A DNA stretch of 64,000 nucleotides from an uncultured Armatimonadetes bacterium (GCA_963717145.1 OY970325.1:4608001-4672000), one strand, 5' to 3'; positions 1-9,882 are shown, numbered from the stretch's first letter. The notes: a model not told the origin generated them from the sequence alone. Program-made: numbers and translations.

Positions 1-1
1 C

Positions 2-70
2 CTGATCGGGCATCACGAGATCATGGTTCCGCTGCTCGCCCACGCAGTGCTGGAGGAGATGAACAGCTGA
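2..70 (+). CDS. 3' end of conserved hypothetical protein (partial)
   Basis: Open frame LIGHHEIMVPLLAHAVLEEMNS* running off the window start. Confidence 0.6.
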   Translation: MIGHHEIMVPLLAHAVLEEMNS

Positions 71-110
71 GGGCGTAATGAGTGTTCAGTGGATTGGTTG
101 CGGGGAGTCC

Positions 111-229
111 CCACCGTCAGTCCTGAGTTCGCCGGTGAATGACGGCGTGTAACGAAGGACGGCTCGGTGCAGCAAGGCCGTCCTTCGTTACACGCCGTCA
201 TTCACCGGCGAACTCAGGACTGACGGTGG
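111..229. repeat. Long perfect palindrome (53-bp arms, 13-nt loop), REP/MITE-like, copy 1
   Basis: 111-163 is the reverse complement of 177-229; identical copy at 5914-6031. Confidence 0.95.
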
Positions 230-369
230 TTTCTGACGGAAGCCACTGCATGCAGTGCAGTCACTGCTCAGAATGACAGATTGCCCTGAGGTGTTTCGGG
301 ATTTCCGTTCGCAGACTCACTCAAATCCCGAAACACCGCGCTCGTTGTACCTGACCCGAGGAGTCAACC

Positions 370-1359
370 TTGCCAAACAGCCGCCTCGACAAGATTATGG
401 ATGGAATCGCCGGACGCCACGTGCTCGTGATCGGCGATGTGATGATGGACGAATACGTCTGGGGGAATGTCCGCCGGATATCCCCCGAGGCGCCGGTCAT
501 GGTCGTCGAAGTCGACCGCGAATCTTACATGCCCGGTGGCGCGGCGAACGTCGTCAATAACGTCCAGGCGCTCAAAGGGAAGACATCGATGATCGGGGTC
601 ATCGGCGACGATGAACACGGCCGCCGGCTTGCCGCGTGCCTTTCCGACACGGGAGTCGATGTCAGCGGGCTCGTGATAGATCACGCGCGGCCCACGACGC
701 GAAAGACCCGGATCATCGCCCACAGTCAACAGGTCGTCCGGGTCGATCGTGAGAGCCGCAGGAAACTGAGCGGATCGGTCATGAAGAAGGTGGCCGCGCT
801 CGTCGAGGAGCGCCTCCCCAGCGTGGACATCATCGTCTTCTCGGACTATGACAAAGGCATGGCATCCTCGGCGCTCGTGAACTCGGTCATAGAAGGCGCC
901 CGGAAGCATGGGAAGCGCGTGGTCGTGAATCCGAAGCCCAGGAATGCCAGGCAGTTCAAGACGGCTGCGATCATCTCGATCAACCAATCGGAGGCCGAGG
1001 GCGTCTCGGGGATCGGGATTACGGACCAGCGCGATCTCAGGCGCGTATCGGCGAGACTGCTCAGTCTGTTGAAGCCGGAAGCGCTGCTGATCACCCGTGG
1101 GCCGCAGGGCATGAGGGTACTCACCGCCGATGGAGATGCCGAGGACATCCCGGCGCACCTGGTCGAGGTCTACGATGTCGCGGGCGCGGGCGATACCGTC
1201 GTCAGCGTAATGGCGCTCTCGCTCGCAAGTGGCGCGGAGATCCGTGAGGCGGCCGTCCTCGCCAACTGCGCCGGTGGAGCGGTCGTGCGCAAAGTGGGCG
1301 TCGCGACGGTCACACTGGCCGAGATACGCGCCCTCCTGAACGAAGGTGATCCGAGATGA
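370..1359 (+). CDS. rfaE1: D-glycero-beta-D-manno-heptose-7-phosphate kinase (HldE/RfaE domain I, PfkB family)
   Basis: VLVIGDVMMDEY, RISPEAPV, GGAANV, SDYDKG, EVYDVAGAGDTV motifs. Confidence 0.93.
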   Translation: MPNSRLDKIMDGIAGRHVLVIGDVMMDEYVWGNVRRISPEAPVMVVEVDRESYMPGGAANVVNNVQALKGKTSMIGVIGDDEHGRRLAACLSDTGVDVSGLVIDHARPTTRKTRIIAHSQQVVRVDRESRRKLSGSVMKKVAALVEERLPSVDIIVFSDYDKGMASSALVNSVIEGARKHGKRVVVNPKPRNARQFKTAAIISINQSEAEGVSGIGITDQRDLRRVSARLLSLLKPEALLITRGPQGMRVLTADGDAEDIPAHLVEVYDVAGAGDTVVSVMALSLASGAEIREAAVLANCAGGAVVRKVGVATVTLAEIRALLNEGDPR

Positions 1360-2666
1360 CGGTCACCAAGATCGTTCGGCGGTCAGTCCTCAAGGGCATT
1401 CTCGACGAACTGCGTGGGAAGGGGAAGCGGATCGTCTTCACCAACGGCTGCTTCGACATCCTGCACATCGGCCATCTTCGATACCTCCAGGAAGCGAAAG
1501 CGCTCGGTGACTACCTGGTCGTCGGCGTCAACACCGACGAGTCCGTCCGCCAACTCAAGGGCCCGGACCGCCCGCTGGTGCCGCAGTTCGAGCGCGCCGA
1601 GATCCTCTCCGGCCTCGAATGTGTCGACTACGTCACTCTCTTCTCCGAGACGACGCCGGTCGCGCTGATCGGCGAGTTGAAGCCGGATATCCATGTCAAG
1701 GGCGGCGACTACACCGCCGATGAGCTTCCCGAGGCGGAGATCGTGAAGTCCTACGGCGGCGAGGTGCGCATCCTGCAGGAGGTCGAGGGCAAATCGACCA
1801 CGAGTCTTGTGAACCGTGTTATGGAATGCGACCCCCGGAAACCCTCACCCCCGACCCCTCTCCCTTCAGAAAGGGAGAGGGGAGGCGCAACCCCCCTCTC
1901 CCTTTCTGAAGGGAGAGGGGTCGGGGGTGAGGGTTTCCGCAGGACCGCAATCGGCATCATCCCCGCGAGATTGGCCGCGACTCGGCTGCCGAACAAGCCG
2001 CTGCTCGACATCGCGGGGAAGCCGATGATCCAGTGGGTCTACGAGCACGCGCGCGAGGCGAGTCTGCTGACCGACGTCCTGGTGGCGACCCCCGACGAGG
2101 AGATCTTCGAGGCCGTCGAGTCGTTCGGCGGGAAGGCGATCATGACATCAGAGGCACATCGGTCGGGCACTGACCGCCTCGCGGAGGCGGTGCAGTTCGA
2201 GGGGTGCCCGGACGCCGAGGTAATCATCAATATCCAGGGCGATGAGCCGCTCCTCGATCCAGCGGCGATCGACCTGCTCGCGGAGGCGATTCTCGCCGAT
2301 CCCGCGATCCCGATGGCCAGCTTGATGTGTCCCCTGCCCGAGGACGAGGAGAATGATCCCTCAGTCGTGAAAGTAGTGACGGACCTGCAGGGGTTCGCCC
2401 TGTACTTTTCGCGGGCCGGGATTCCGTATCCGAGGCATCCCGCCCAGGCATGGAAGCACATCGGACTCTATGCGTACACGCGCGAGTTCCTGCTCACGTT
2501 TCCGGCGCTCGCCCCGACTCCGCTCGAGCAGGCGGAGTCCCTGGAGCAGCTTCGTGCGCTGGAGAACGGCTACCGGATCAGAATGGTCGAGACTGATTTC
2601 GCGCCGACCAGCGTCGATACGCCCGATGACCTGGAGAGAGTAAGGCGAATACTGGAGCAAACATGA
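1356..2666 (+). CDS. kdsB: Fusion of heptose-1-phosphate adenylyltransferase (RfaE2) and CMP-Kdo synthetase (KdsB)
   Basis: N-term [21 protein letters not shown]-term [45 protein letters not shown]; the linker is an in-frame palindrome. Confidence 0.92.
   Translation: MTVTKIVRRSVLKGILDELRGKGKRIVFTNGCFDILHIGHLRYLQEAKALGDYLVVGVNTDESVRQLKGPDRPLVPQFERAEILSGLECVDYVTLFSETTPVALIGELKPDIHVKGGDYTADELPEAEIVKSYGGEVRILQEVEGKSTTSLVNRVMECDPRKPSPPTPLPSERERGGATPLSLSEGRGVGGEGFRRTAIGIIPARLAATRLPNKPLLDIAGKPMIQWVYEHAREASLLTDVLVATPDEEIFEAVESFGGKAIMTSEAHRSGTDRLAEAVQFEGCPDAEVIINIQGDEPLLDPAAIDLLAEAILADPAIPMASLMCPLPEDEENDPSVVKVVTDLQGFALYFSRAGIPYPRHPAQAWKHIGLYAYTREFLLTFPALAPTPLEQAESLEQLRALENGYRIRMVETDFAPTSVDTPDDLERVRRILEQT
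1836..1939. repeat. REP-like palindrome (47-bp arms) in frame in the rfaE2-kdsB linker
   Basis: 1836-1882 is the reverse complement of 1893-1939; encodes [35 protein letters not shown]. Confidence 0.93.
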
Positions 2667-3487
2667 CACGAGAGATATCAATCGGGGATTTCACCATAGG
2701 CGGGAACAGCCCGATCGCGCTCATCGCCGGGCCCTGCGTTATCGAGAGCCGGGAGATCTGCTTCGAGATCGCCGAGCGCGTTAGGGCGGTCTGCGATGAA
2801 CTCGGCATCGGCTACGTTTTCAAGGCCTCGTTCGACAAGGCCAACCGCATGTCGATCGACTCGTTCCGTGGGCCTGGGATCGAGAAAGGCCTCGAGATTC
2901 TTGCCGAGATCAAGTCGACGCTCGGCCTCCCGGTGCTGACCGACGTGCATGAGGTATGGCAGGTCGAAAAGGTCGCCGAGGTCGTAGACATCCTGCAGGT
3001 CCCGGCGTTCCTCTGCCGGCAGACCGACCTCGTGATCGCCGCCGCGAAGGCGGGTAAGCCCGTTAACTTCAAGAAGGCGCAGTTCATGTCGCCCGCCGAG
3101 ATGAAGCCGGTCGCCGACAAGGCTGCGTCGAGCGGAAACAGCGACATCCTGCTCACCGAGCGCGGATCGAGCTTCGGATACGGCAACCTCGTCGTGGATA
3201 TGCGGGGCCTGGTAATAATGAGGGAACTCGGATACCCGGTGGTCTTCGATGCGACCCACAGCGTCCAGCGGCCGGGAGGGCTCGGGACGAAATCCGGCGG
3301 CGACCCGCAGTTCGTGCCGTACCTCGTGCGAGCGGCATGCGCGGTCGGCATCGACGCCCTGTTCATCGAGACTCACCCCAATCCATCGAAGGCGCTGTCC
3401 GACGCGGCGACGATGATTCCGCTCGACACGCTCAGGTCTGTGCTCGCACAGGCCAAGGCGGTGGACAGGGTAGTGAAGAATCTGTAG
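2663..3487 (+). CDS. kdsA: 3-deoxy-8-phosphooctulonate (KDO8P) synthase
   Basis: [48 protein letters not shown]. Confidence 0.97.
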   Translation: MTREISIGDFTIGGNSPIALIAGPCVIESREICFEIAERVRAVCDELGIGYVFKASFDKANRMSIDSFRGPGIEKGLEILAEIKSTLGLPVLTDVHEVWQVEKVAEVVDILQVPAFLCRQTDLVIAAAKAGKPVNFKKAQFMSPAEMKPVADKAASSGNSDILLTERGSSFGYGNLVVDMRGLVIMRELGYPVVFDATHSVQRPGGLGTKSGGDPQFVPYLVRAACAVGIDALFIETHPNPSKALSDAATMIPLDTLRSVLAQAKAVDRVVKNL

Positions 3488-3503
3488 GATAGTTTTCGCG
3501 CGT

Positions 3504-3654
3504 ACGTAGGGAACGGCCGCCGTCCCGTTCCGTGTGCGGCGGATCGGAACGGGACGGCGGCCGTTCCCTACGTGGGCGGGGCCCCTGTCGTTGCGGATGG
3601 AGTTGGACTCCATCCCCGATCACTGAGCCATGGGGGATGGAGTCCAACTCTATC
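3504..3654. repeat. Two adjacent REP-like hairpins
   Basis: ACGTAGGGAACGGCCGCCGTCCCGTTCCG and its reverse complement (3504-3573); GATGGAGTTGGACTCCATCCCC...GGGGATGGAGTCCAACTCTATC (3596-3654). Confidence 0.85.
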
Positions 3655-3681
3655 CCCAACGACGTAGGAGGAGACACAACA

Positions 3682-4668
3682 ATGGCAGACAAGATCAGAG
3701 TCGGTTTGATCGGATGCGGCGGCGTCATGCGAGGGCATGCGAAACGCCTGCTGACCATCCCTGAGGTCGAGATCGTCGCCCTCGATGACATCAGCGAGGA
3801 CCAGCTCGCCAAGTTCTACGAGGCGGTTCCCGAGGTCAAGGGCCTGCCGGTGTTCTACGACTACCGAGAGATGCTCGATAAGGTCGAGATGGACGCCGTA
3901 GAGATCGCGACGCCGCACACGCTGCATTTCCAGCAGACGATGGACTGCCTCGATGCGGGGAAGCACATCCTCCTCGAGAAGCCGATGGTCTGCACCGTCG
4001 ACCACGCGCACAAGCTGATCGACAGGGCCGAGAAGACGAAGCGCGTCGTCGTGATCTCATATCAGCGCCACTACCAGCCGGAATTCCGCTACATGCGGGA
4101 TGCAATCCAGCAGGGCAAGCTCGGGAATGTCACCTACATATCGGCCCTCCAGTGCCAGAATTGGAAGAAGGGCACCGTTGGTATGTGGCGACAGGACCCG
4201 GAACTCAGCGGAGGCGGGCAGCTCAACGACTCGGGCAGCCACCTGATCGACATCATCCTCTGGACGACCGGCCTCGCGGTCGATGAGCTGTTCGGCTACA
4301 TAGACAACCTGGATACTCCGGTGGACATCAACTCGGCGCTCTCGATGAAGTTCAAGAACGGCGCCCAGGCAACGGTCGCAGTCGTTGGAGACGCGCCGCC
4401 TTTCTATGAGGATTTCACCATCTGGGGCGATAAGGGGATGCTCTTCTATCGGAACGGACAACTCACTGAATGCGGAGAAGACGGGAAGATCTTTACGCCG
4501 GAGAACCTGCCTGAGGGAGGGAATCCGGATCAGAACCTCGTGGACGCGATCCTCGGCCGGGATATCGTCTGGTCGCCGCCGATCTGTGGCCTCCGGGTCA
4601 TCGAGCTTACCGAATCTGCCTGGAAATCCGCGGAGAAGGGCTGCACAGTCAAAGTCGAGAGCCTGTAA
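3682..4668 (+). CDS. Gfo/Idh/MocA family oxidoreductase
   Basis: RVGLIGCGG, IATPHTLH, LLEKPM, GGGQLNDSGSHLID; AGGAGG RBS before ATG 3682. Confidence 0.92.
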   Translation: MADKIRVGLIGCGGVMRGHAKRLLTIPEVEIVALDDISEDQLAKFYEAVPEVKGLPVFYDYREMLDKVEMDAVEIATPHTLHFQQTMDCLDAGKHILLEKPMVCTVDHAHKLIDRAEKTKRVVVISYQRHYQPEFRYMRDAIQQGKLGNVTYISALQCQNWKKGTVGMWRQDPELSGGGQLNDSGSHLIDIILWTTGLAVDELFGYIDNLDTPVDINSALSMKFKNGAQATVAVVGDAPPFYEDFTIWGDKGMLFYRNGQLTECGEDGKIFTPENLPEGGNPDQNLVDAILGRDIVWSPPICGLRVIELTESAWKSAEKGCTVKVESL

Positions 4669-4682
4669 CTGAAGCTCACTCA

Positions 4683-4760
4683 TGTCATTCTGAGCACGTT
4701 ACTGCGTCGGTCTCGCAGTTGTTTCCGTGAGAAACACCATCAGTCCTGACGGTGGGGGAC
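4683..4760 (-). repeat. Short variant of the 107-278 repeat element
   Basis: Reverse complement aligns with 107-278 but lacks the 97-bp internal hairpin segment. Confidence 0.7.
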
Positions 4761-4836
4761 TTTCTGATGACAGGCCCCAAAACGTGAACGAAGCGTGACG
4801 GGTCCTGGATATTACAGCCATATCTCCCGAAGTGGG

Positions 4837-4866
4837 TTGACACTGCAAACCCACTTCGGGTATCAT
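4837..4866 (+). promoter_or_regulatory. sigma70-type promoter for the NlpC/P60 gene
   Basis: TTGACA-N18-TATCAT. Confidence 0.55.
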
Positions 4867-5008
4867 ACCCGACGGTGCCGCATGGCTGGACAGCGGTCTG
4901 ATTGGGTTGTGCTTCCCCCGGAGCAATGCCCCGGCCGGGAAGAAGCCGTCCGATATGCTGCCGGCGCCATGAGTACACGGGCTGCAGGCCCGAAAGGGAG
5001 ATAGCGCC

Positions 5009-5833
5009 TTGTTATCAGACGCAAATCGCACCTTACGGTATACCTTGTCAGCAGTGACAGCACTGTTGTTCATATCGAATCTAGCCCTCGCGGACCAGTC
5101 CTACGTCGTCCGCAGAGGTGATACTCTCTGGTCCATCGCGAACAAGTACTCCACCACTATATCGGAGATCGCGCAGGCCAATGGGATCGATTCCTCAAAG
5201 CCGATCCGCGCCGATCAGAAGCTGACCATCCCCACGGACGTTCCCGTTTCGGGCACGATCGCCCGCGTTTCCAAGGATAAAGTCGAGCTTAGAGCAAATG
5301 GGAAGCCGGCCGGCACACTCGCCAAAGGCGCCGAGGTAACCTTCCTGGAGAAGAAGGACGGCGTGTTGGCCGTGAGGCTCTCCAACGGCCGGATGGGCTG
5401 CGTTCCGGCGGACTCGCTCGAGTTTCTCACCGATCGGCCCATTGTCGACCGCCATCAGTTCGGACGCGAGATCACGCGCACAGCGTATGCATATCGCGGA
5501 GCGCGATACCGCAGAGGCGGCACATCTTCCCGCGGGTTCGACTGCTCCGGGTTCGTGAAGTACGTGTATTCCACCAAGGGCATCAAGCTCCCTCACTCGT
5601 CCCGCGACATGTACCATTGCGGATCACCCGTCGCCAAGAACGACCTTCGTCAGGGCGACATCGTCTTCTTCGTCAATACCTACCGGCGCGGTATATCGCA
5701 CGTCGGGATGTACGTCGGCAACGGCGAGTTCATCCATGCCTCAACCTCGCGCGGCGGCGTCCGAGTTGATAGGTTGGACAGCGCATATTTCCGCAACAAG
5801 TACGCCGGCGCGCGCAGGATCAAGGACGGGTAG
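5009..5833 (+). CDS. LysM + SH3-like + NlpC/P60 peptidoglycan endopeptidase
   Basis: Signal peptide; YVVRRGDTLWSIA (LysM); GFDCSGFV and SHVGMYVGNGEFIHAS (NlpC/P60). Confidence 0.92.
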   Translation: MLSDANRTLRYTLSAVTALLFISNLALADQSYVVRRGDTLWSIANKYSTTISEIAQANGIDSSKPIRADQKLTIPTDVPVSGTIARVSKDKVELRANGKPAGTLAKGAEVTFLEKKDGVLAVRLSNGRMGCVPADSLEFLTDRPIVDRHQFGREITRTAYAYRGARYRRGGTSSRGFDCSGFVKYVYSTKGIKLPHSSRDMYHCGSPVAKNDLRQGDIVFFVNTYRRGISHVGMYVGNGEFIHASTSRGGVRVDRLDSAYFRNKYAGARRIKDG

Positions 5834-5913
5834 AATCTAGGTTCCAAGTTCAAGGTTCAGATCAGCGCTGTCGGATGGGGATTCCCTCCGGCAGCGTTTT
5901 GTTTCATAGACAC

Positions 5914-6031
5914 CCACCGTCAGTCCTGAGTTCGCCGGTGAATGACGGCGTGTAACGAAGGACGGCTCGGTGCAGCAAGGCCGTCCTTCGTTACACGCCG
6001 TCATTCACCGGCGAACTCAGGACTGACGGTG
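5914..6031. repeat. Long perfect palindrome, copy 2
   Basis: Identical to 111-228, including the loop TCGGTGCAGCAAG. Confidence 0.95.
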
Positions 6032-6109
6032 AGGCCTTTCCGGCGGAAATGTCAGAATGACAGCGAGGGACAACGCGCGTTGCGCCTCCTTGCCATCCCT
6101 CCGATTCGG

Positions 6110-6158
6110 TTGACATGGCTGCGCGCCTTGTCCTATAATGGCAACGAACATGTGTACC
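6110..6158 (+). promoter_or_regulatory. gyrA promoter with a putative LexA (Cheo-type) box
   Basis: TTGACA(6110)-N18-TATAAT(6134), then CGAACATGTGTACC (6145-6158). Confidence 0.65.
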
Positions 6159-6187
6159 GAGATTCGGGTAGATGAGGAGTAGATTTT

Positions 6188-8632
6188 GTGAGTGATATAG
6201 CGAGAGAAGTCGTACCCGTAAACATCGAAGAGGAGATGAAGCGATCGTACCTCGGCTATGCCGTGAGTATGATTATCGCAAGAGCCCTCCCGGACGTTCG
6301 AGACGGTCTGAAGCCCGTGCAGCGGCGGATACTTATGTCGATGCACGATCTTCATCTCACTCCGGGCAGCCACTATAGAAAATCCGCCAAGATTTCCGGT
6401 GACACCACCGCCAACTACCATCCCCACGGCGGTCAGGCCGTGTACCTCACTATGGTGCGCATGGCGCAGGATTTCAGCTTGAGATACCCGCTCGTTGACG
6501 GGCAGGGGAACATGGGGTCCATCGACGGAGACCCGCCGGCGGCCGAGCGGTATACCGAGGCCCGCATGTCGCCGTATGCAGTCGAGATGCTCGACGACCT
6601 CGACAAGGACACCGTCGACTGGCAGCCGAACTACGAGCAGACGCGGGACGAGCCGTTGATCCTTCCCGGCCGGTTCCCCAACCTTCTCTGTAACGGAGGA
6701 GAGGGAATAGCCGTAGGAATGGCGACGAAGATCCCGCCACACAACCTGGGCGAGGTTGTCGACGCCACGATCCATCTGATCGATAACCCGGATGCCACGC
6801 CGTCCGACCTGATGCAGTACGTCCAGGGCCCCGATTTCCCGACCGCCGGCCTGATTCTCGGCGTCAAGGGCATCCGCTCGGCCTACGAGACCGGGCGCGG
6901 CCAGGTAACCATGCAGGCGCAGTCGACCACCGAGACGATGGAGAACGGCAAGTCCGCCATCATCATCACGGAGCTGCCCTATCAGGTCAACAAAGCCCGC
7001 CTGATCGAGCAGATCGCCGATCTGGTCAAGAACAAGAAGATCGACGGCATTACAGACATCAACGACTTCAGCGATCGGACCGGCATGCGCGTGGTCATCG
7101 AGCTTCGGCGCGATTCCTACCCGAGGAAGGTCCTGAACTTCCTCTTGAAGCATACTCAGCTTCGCATGAACTTCAACGTCAACATGCTCGCGCTGGTAGA
7201 CGGCACGCCGAGGACATTGAACCTCGCGCAGATCATCTACTACTACATCGAGCACCGCAAGGAGATCATCACACGGCGCACCAAGTTCGAGCTGGAGAAG
7301 GCCAAGGCAAGGGCGCACATCCTCGAAGGCTTGAGGATTGCGCTCCAGTACCTCGACGAGATCATACGCATCATCCGCCAGTCGCGGACCACAGATATCG
7401 CGCGCTCTGAGATGATGTCCCGGTTCGGCCTCAGCCAGGTACAGGCTGAAGCGATCCTCAATATGCAGCTCAGACAGCTCACCGGACTCGAGCGCGAAGG
7501 CATCGAGAACGAGTACCGCGAGCTTCTGCGCCGGATCGCTCACCTGGAAGACATCCTGACCGACGCGCAGAAGGTCCTCGAGATCATCAAGGCGGAACTC
7601 CGGACGCTCAAGGAGAAGCTCGGCGACGACCGGCGCAGCCGCATCATCCCCGTCGAGGCCGAAGAGATCGGCGACGAGGACCTCATCCCCGATGAGGAGA
7701 TGATCGTGACCATCACCCGCGATGGTTACGTCAAGCGCGTGCCGATCGACACATATAAGACTCAGAGGCGCGGCGGACGGGGCGTCCTGGCGGCCAATTC
7801 CAAGGAAGAGGACAAGCTGGAGCACATCTTCGTGGCTACCACGCATCATTACATCCTCTTCTTCACGGACAAGGGCCGCGTCTACCGCCTCAAGGCATAC
7901 GAGATTCCGCAGGCGAGCCGCCAGGCGATGGGTACCGCGATCATCAACCTGATTCAGATCGAATCGGGCGAGACGATCACGGCGACAGTCCCCGTCAAGG
8001 TCCTCGAGGGCGAGGGATACCTCGTCATGGCGACCAGGATGGGCGAGGTCAAGCGCACGGCCATCCAGGAGTTCCATTACCTGCGAGCGAACGGCCTGCG
8101 CGCATTCGACCTCGAAGAGGGCGATGAGCTTCGATGGGTCCGCTTGACCAGCGGCGCCGACGACGCGGTCCTCGTTACCCGACACGGCATGTCGATTCGG
8201 TTCTCCGAAAAGAACCTCCGGATCGCCAGCCGCGCATCCGGCGGCGTCCGGGGAATCACGCTTCGTCCGGGTGACTACGTGGTCAGCATGGATATCGTCC
8301 GCCCGAAGTGCGAGTTGCTGGTCGTTTCGCAGAAGGGGCTCGGCAAGCGGACCGACCTCGACTCCTACCGCGCTCAGACCAGGGGCGGCAAGGGCATCAA
8401 AACGATGGCGATGACCGATCGCGGCGGCGAGATCGTCGGCGGGCGGGTAGTCTGCAACGAAGACAAGGCGATCGTGCTCACCTCGAACGGGATCGCGATC
8501 CGTATGAGGCTCAACGAAGTCCGAGCCTGCGGGCGCAGTACCATGGGCGTCAAGATGATCAACCTCGAGCCGGGCGACACCGTGGCATCGGTCGCGATCG
8601 TCCCGACCAAGGCGGACGAAGAAGAAGAGTAG
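6188..8632 (+). CDS. gyrA: DNA gyrase subunit A
   Basis: RALPDVRDGLKPVQRR, YHPHG, AAERYTE, GIAVGMAT; GyrA-box QRRGGRG; C-terminal pinwheel repeats. Confidence 0.97.
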   Translation: MSDIAREVVPVNIEEEMKRSYLGYAVSMIIARALPDVRDGLKPVQRRILMSMHDLHLTPGSHYRKSAKISGDTTANYHPHGGQAVYLTMVRMAQDFSLRYPLVDGQGNMGSIDGDPPAAERYTEARMSPYAVEMLDDLDKDTVDWQPNYEQTRDEPLILPGRFPNLLCNGGEGIAVGMATKIPPHNLGEVVDATIHLIDNPDATPSDLMQYVQGPDFPTAGLILGVKGIRSAYETGRGQVTMQAQSTTETMENGKSAIIITELPYQVNKARLIEQIADLVKNKKIDGITDINDFSDRTGMRVVIELRRDSYPRKVLNFLLKHTQLRMNFNVNMLALVDGTPRTLNLAQIIYYYIEHRKEIITRRTKFELEKAKARAHILEGLRIALQYLDEIIRIIRQSRTTDIARSEMMSRFGLSQVQAEAILNMQLRQLTGLEREGIENEYRELLRRIAHLEDILTDAQKVLEIIKAELRTLKEKLGDDRRSRIIPVEAEEIGDEDLIPDEEMIVTITRDGYVKRVPIDTYKTQRRGGRGVLAANSKEEDKLEHIFVATTHHYILFFTDKGRVYRLKAYEIPQASRQAMGTAIINLIQIESGETITATVPVKVLEGEGYLVMATRMGEVKRTAIQEFHYLRANGLRAFDLEEGDELRWVRLTSGADDAVLVTRHGMSIRFSEKNLRIASRASGGVRGITLRPGDYVVSMDIVRPKCELLVVSQKGLGKRTDLDSYRAQTRGGKGIKTMAMTDRGGEIVGGRVVCNEDKAIVLTSNGIAIRMRLNEVRACGRSTMGVKMINLEPGDTVASVAIVPTKADEEEE

Positions 8633-8642
8633 AACATACCAT

Positions 8643-8671
8643 GCAGGGGCAGGTCTCAGACCTGCCCCTGC
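8643..8671. repeat. REP-like hairpin after gyrA
   Basis: GCAGGGGCAGGTCTCAGACCTGCCCCTGC. Confidence 0.75.
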
Positions 8672-8699
8672 CGAAGCATTAGGGGGGAACATCCTTTCG

Positions 8700-9119
8700 A
8701 TGCCTGATCGTTTTGAACCGCTGGAACATACGGCGGACAAGGGTATAAAGGCATACGGGTTGCGCCCTGAGGAGCTTTTCGAGAATGCCGCATTCGGCAT
8801 GTTCTCGCTCATGGCGGACCTGGAGAAATACACGCCTGTCGAGAGCCGCGAGATCGAGGTCGAGGCGTCCGAAGTCGAGTCGCTGCTTCGGACCTGGCTC
8901 GCGGAATTGCTCTATCAGTTCGAAGTCGATAGAATGCTCTTCGTGGACTTTCATGTGGACTCTATCGAGGGCGGCAAAGTCCGGTCGACCGTAAGCGGCC
9001 TGCCGTTCAGCGATGATATCGAGTGGTTAGGCCCGTCGGTCAAAGCCGTGACGCTCTGCGATCTCTATGTGCGTCGAACGGATGACCGGTGGGAAGCGCA
9101 AGTGATATTCGACGTGTGA
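8700..9119 (+). CDS. Archease
   Basis: LEHTADKGI, LFENAAFGM, VKAVT, C-terminal VIFDV. Confidence 0.9.
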   Translation: MPDRFEPLEHTADKGIKAYGLRPEELFENAAFGMFSLMADLEKYTPVESREIEVEASEVESLLRTWLAELLYQFEVDRMLFVDFHVDSIEGGKVRSTVSGLPFSDDIEWLGPSVKAVTLCDLYVRRTDDRWEAQVIFDV

Positions 9120-9124
9120 GGGGC

Positions 9125-9251
9125 AAATTCGAAATTCGAATCTCGAAACTCGAAACAATGCTGAATAGCCCAAAAAGCAATCAGGCAAGCGGTTTTGGGA
9201 TTTCCGTATCTGGGATTTGTTTCGAATTTCGATATTCGTGCTTCGAATTTC
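9125..9251. repeat. Inverted heptamer-repeat element (AAATTCG)n...(CGAATTT)n, copy 1
   Basis: 9217-9251 matches 43451-43485 at 34/35. Confidence 0.85.
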
Positions 9252-9267
9252 TCCGAAGGAGAGCGGT

Positions 9268-9882
9268 ATGATGAAACAAGTGACACCCAGACAGAGGCAG
9301 ATCTTGCAGTGCATCCTGCAGCACATCGACCTCAAGGGCTATCCTCCGACGGTCCGGGAGATCGGCGAGGCGGTGAACCTCAGTTCGAGTTCGACCGTTC
9401 ACGCGCACCTCAAGAGCCTGGAGGACTCCGGCCTCATCAGGCGCGACGCGGTTCTCACCCGCGCCATCAAGCTGCTTCCCGGCACCGACACCAAGGCCAA
9501 GCCACGGCGCGTGGTCAATCTCCCGATAGTCGGTCGGGTCGCAGCCGGCAAGCCGTCCCTGGCCTCGGAAGACATCCAGGAAACCTATCCGCTCCCCGCC
9601 GACTTCCTCGCGGGCGGCGAAGGATTCATGCTCGAAGTCCACGGCGAGAGCATGATCGAGGACGGCATCCACGACGGCGATCTCGTCATTGTCCGCCGCC
9701 AGCCGATCGCCGAGAACGGCGATGTGATCGTGGCGCTGATCGAGAATGAAGCCACCGTCAAGCGCTTCTACCGCGAGGACGGCACGATTCGCCTTCAGCC
9801 GGCGAACTCGACGATGGCGCCGATCTTCGCCGATAATGTCTCCATCGTCGGCAAAGTCGTCGGCCTCGTAAGAAAAATGTAG
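9268..9882 (+). CDS. lexA: SOS repressor LexA
   Basis: GYPPTVREIG, SSSSTVHAHL, VAAG cleavage site, GESM, ATVKRF; GAAGGAG RBS. Confidence 0.96.
   Translation: MMKQVTPRQRQILQCILQHIDLKGYPPTVREIGEAVNLSSSSTVHAHLKSLEDSGLIRRDAVLTRAIKLLPGTDTKAKPRRVVNLPIVGRVAAGKPSLASEDIQETYPLPADFLAGGEGFMLEVHGESMIEDGIHDGDLVIVRRQPIAENGDVIVALIENEATVKRFYREDGTIRLQPANSTMAPIFADNVSIVGKVVGLVRKM

Noticed and set aside
13-201. MTACNEGR ORFs (also 5942..6175)
   Set aside because: Translations of the palindromic repeat.
4870-5008. Riboswitch (for example c-di-AMP) in the NlpC/P60 leader
   Set aside because: The leader is long and GC-rich but I could not match the conserved ydaO motifs; an Rfam/Infernal scan would be needed.
6017-8833. 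938-aa minus-strand ORF and similar long antisense ORFs (364-1158, 9975-11645, 13592-15190, 35136-37136)
   Set aside because: Shadow frames of well-supported genes in high-GC DNA, with no recognisable motifs.
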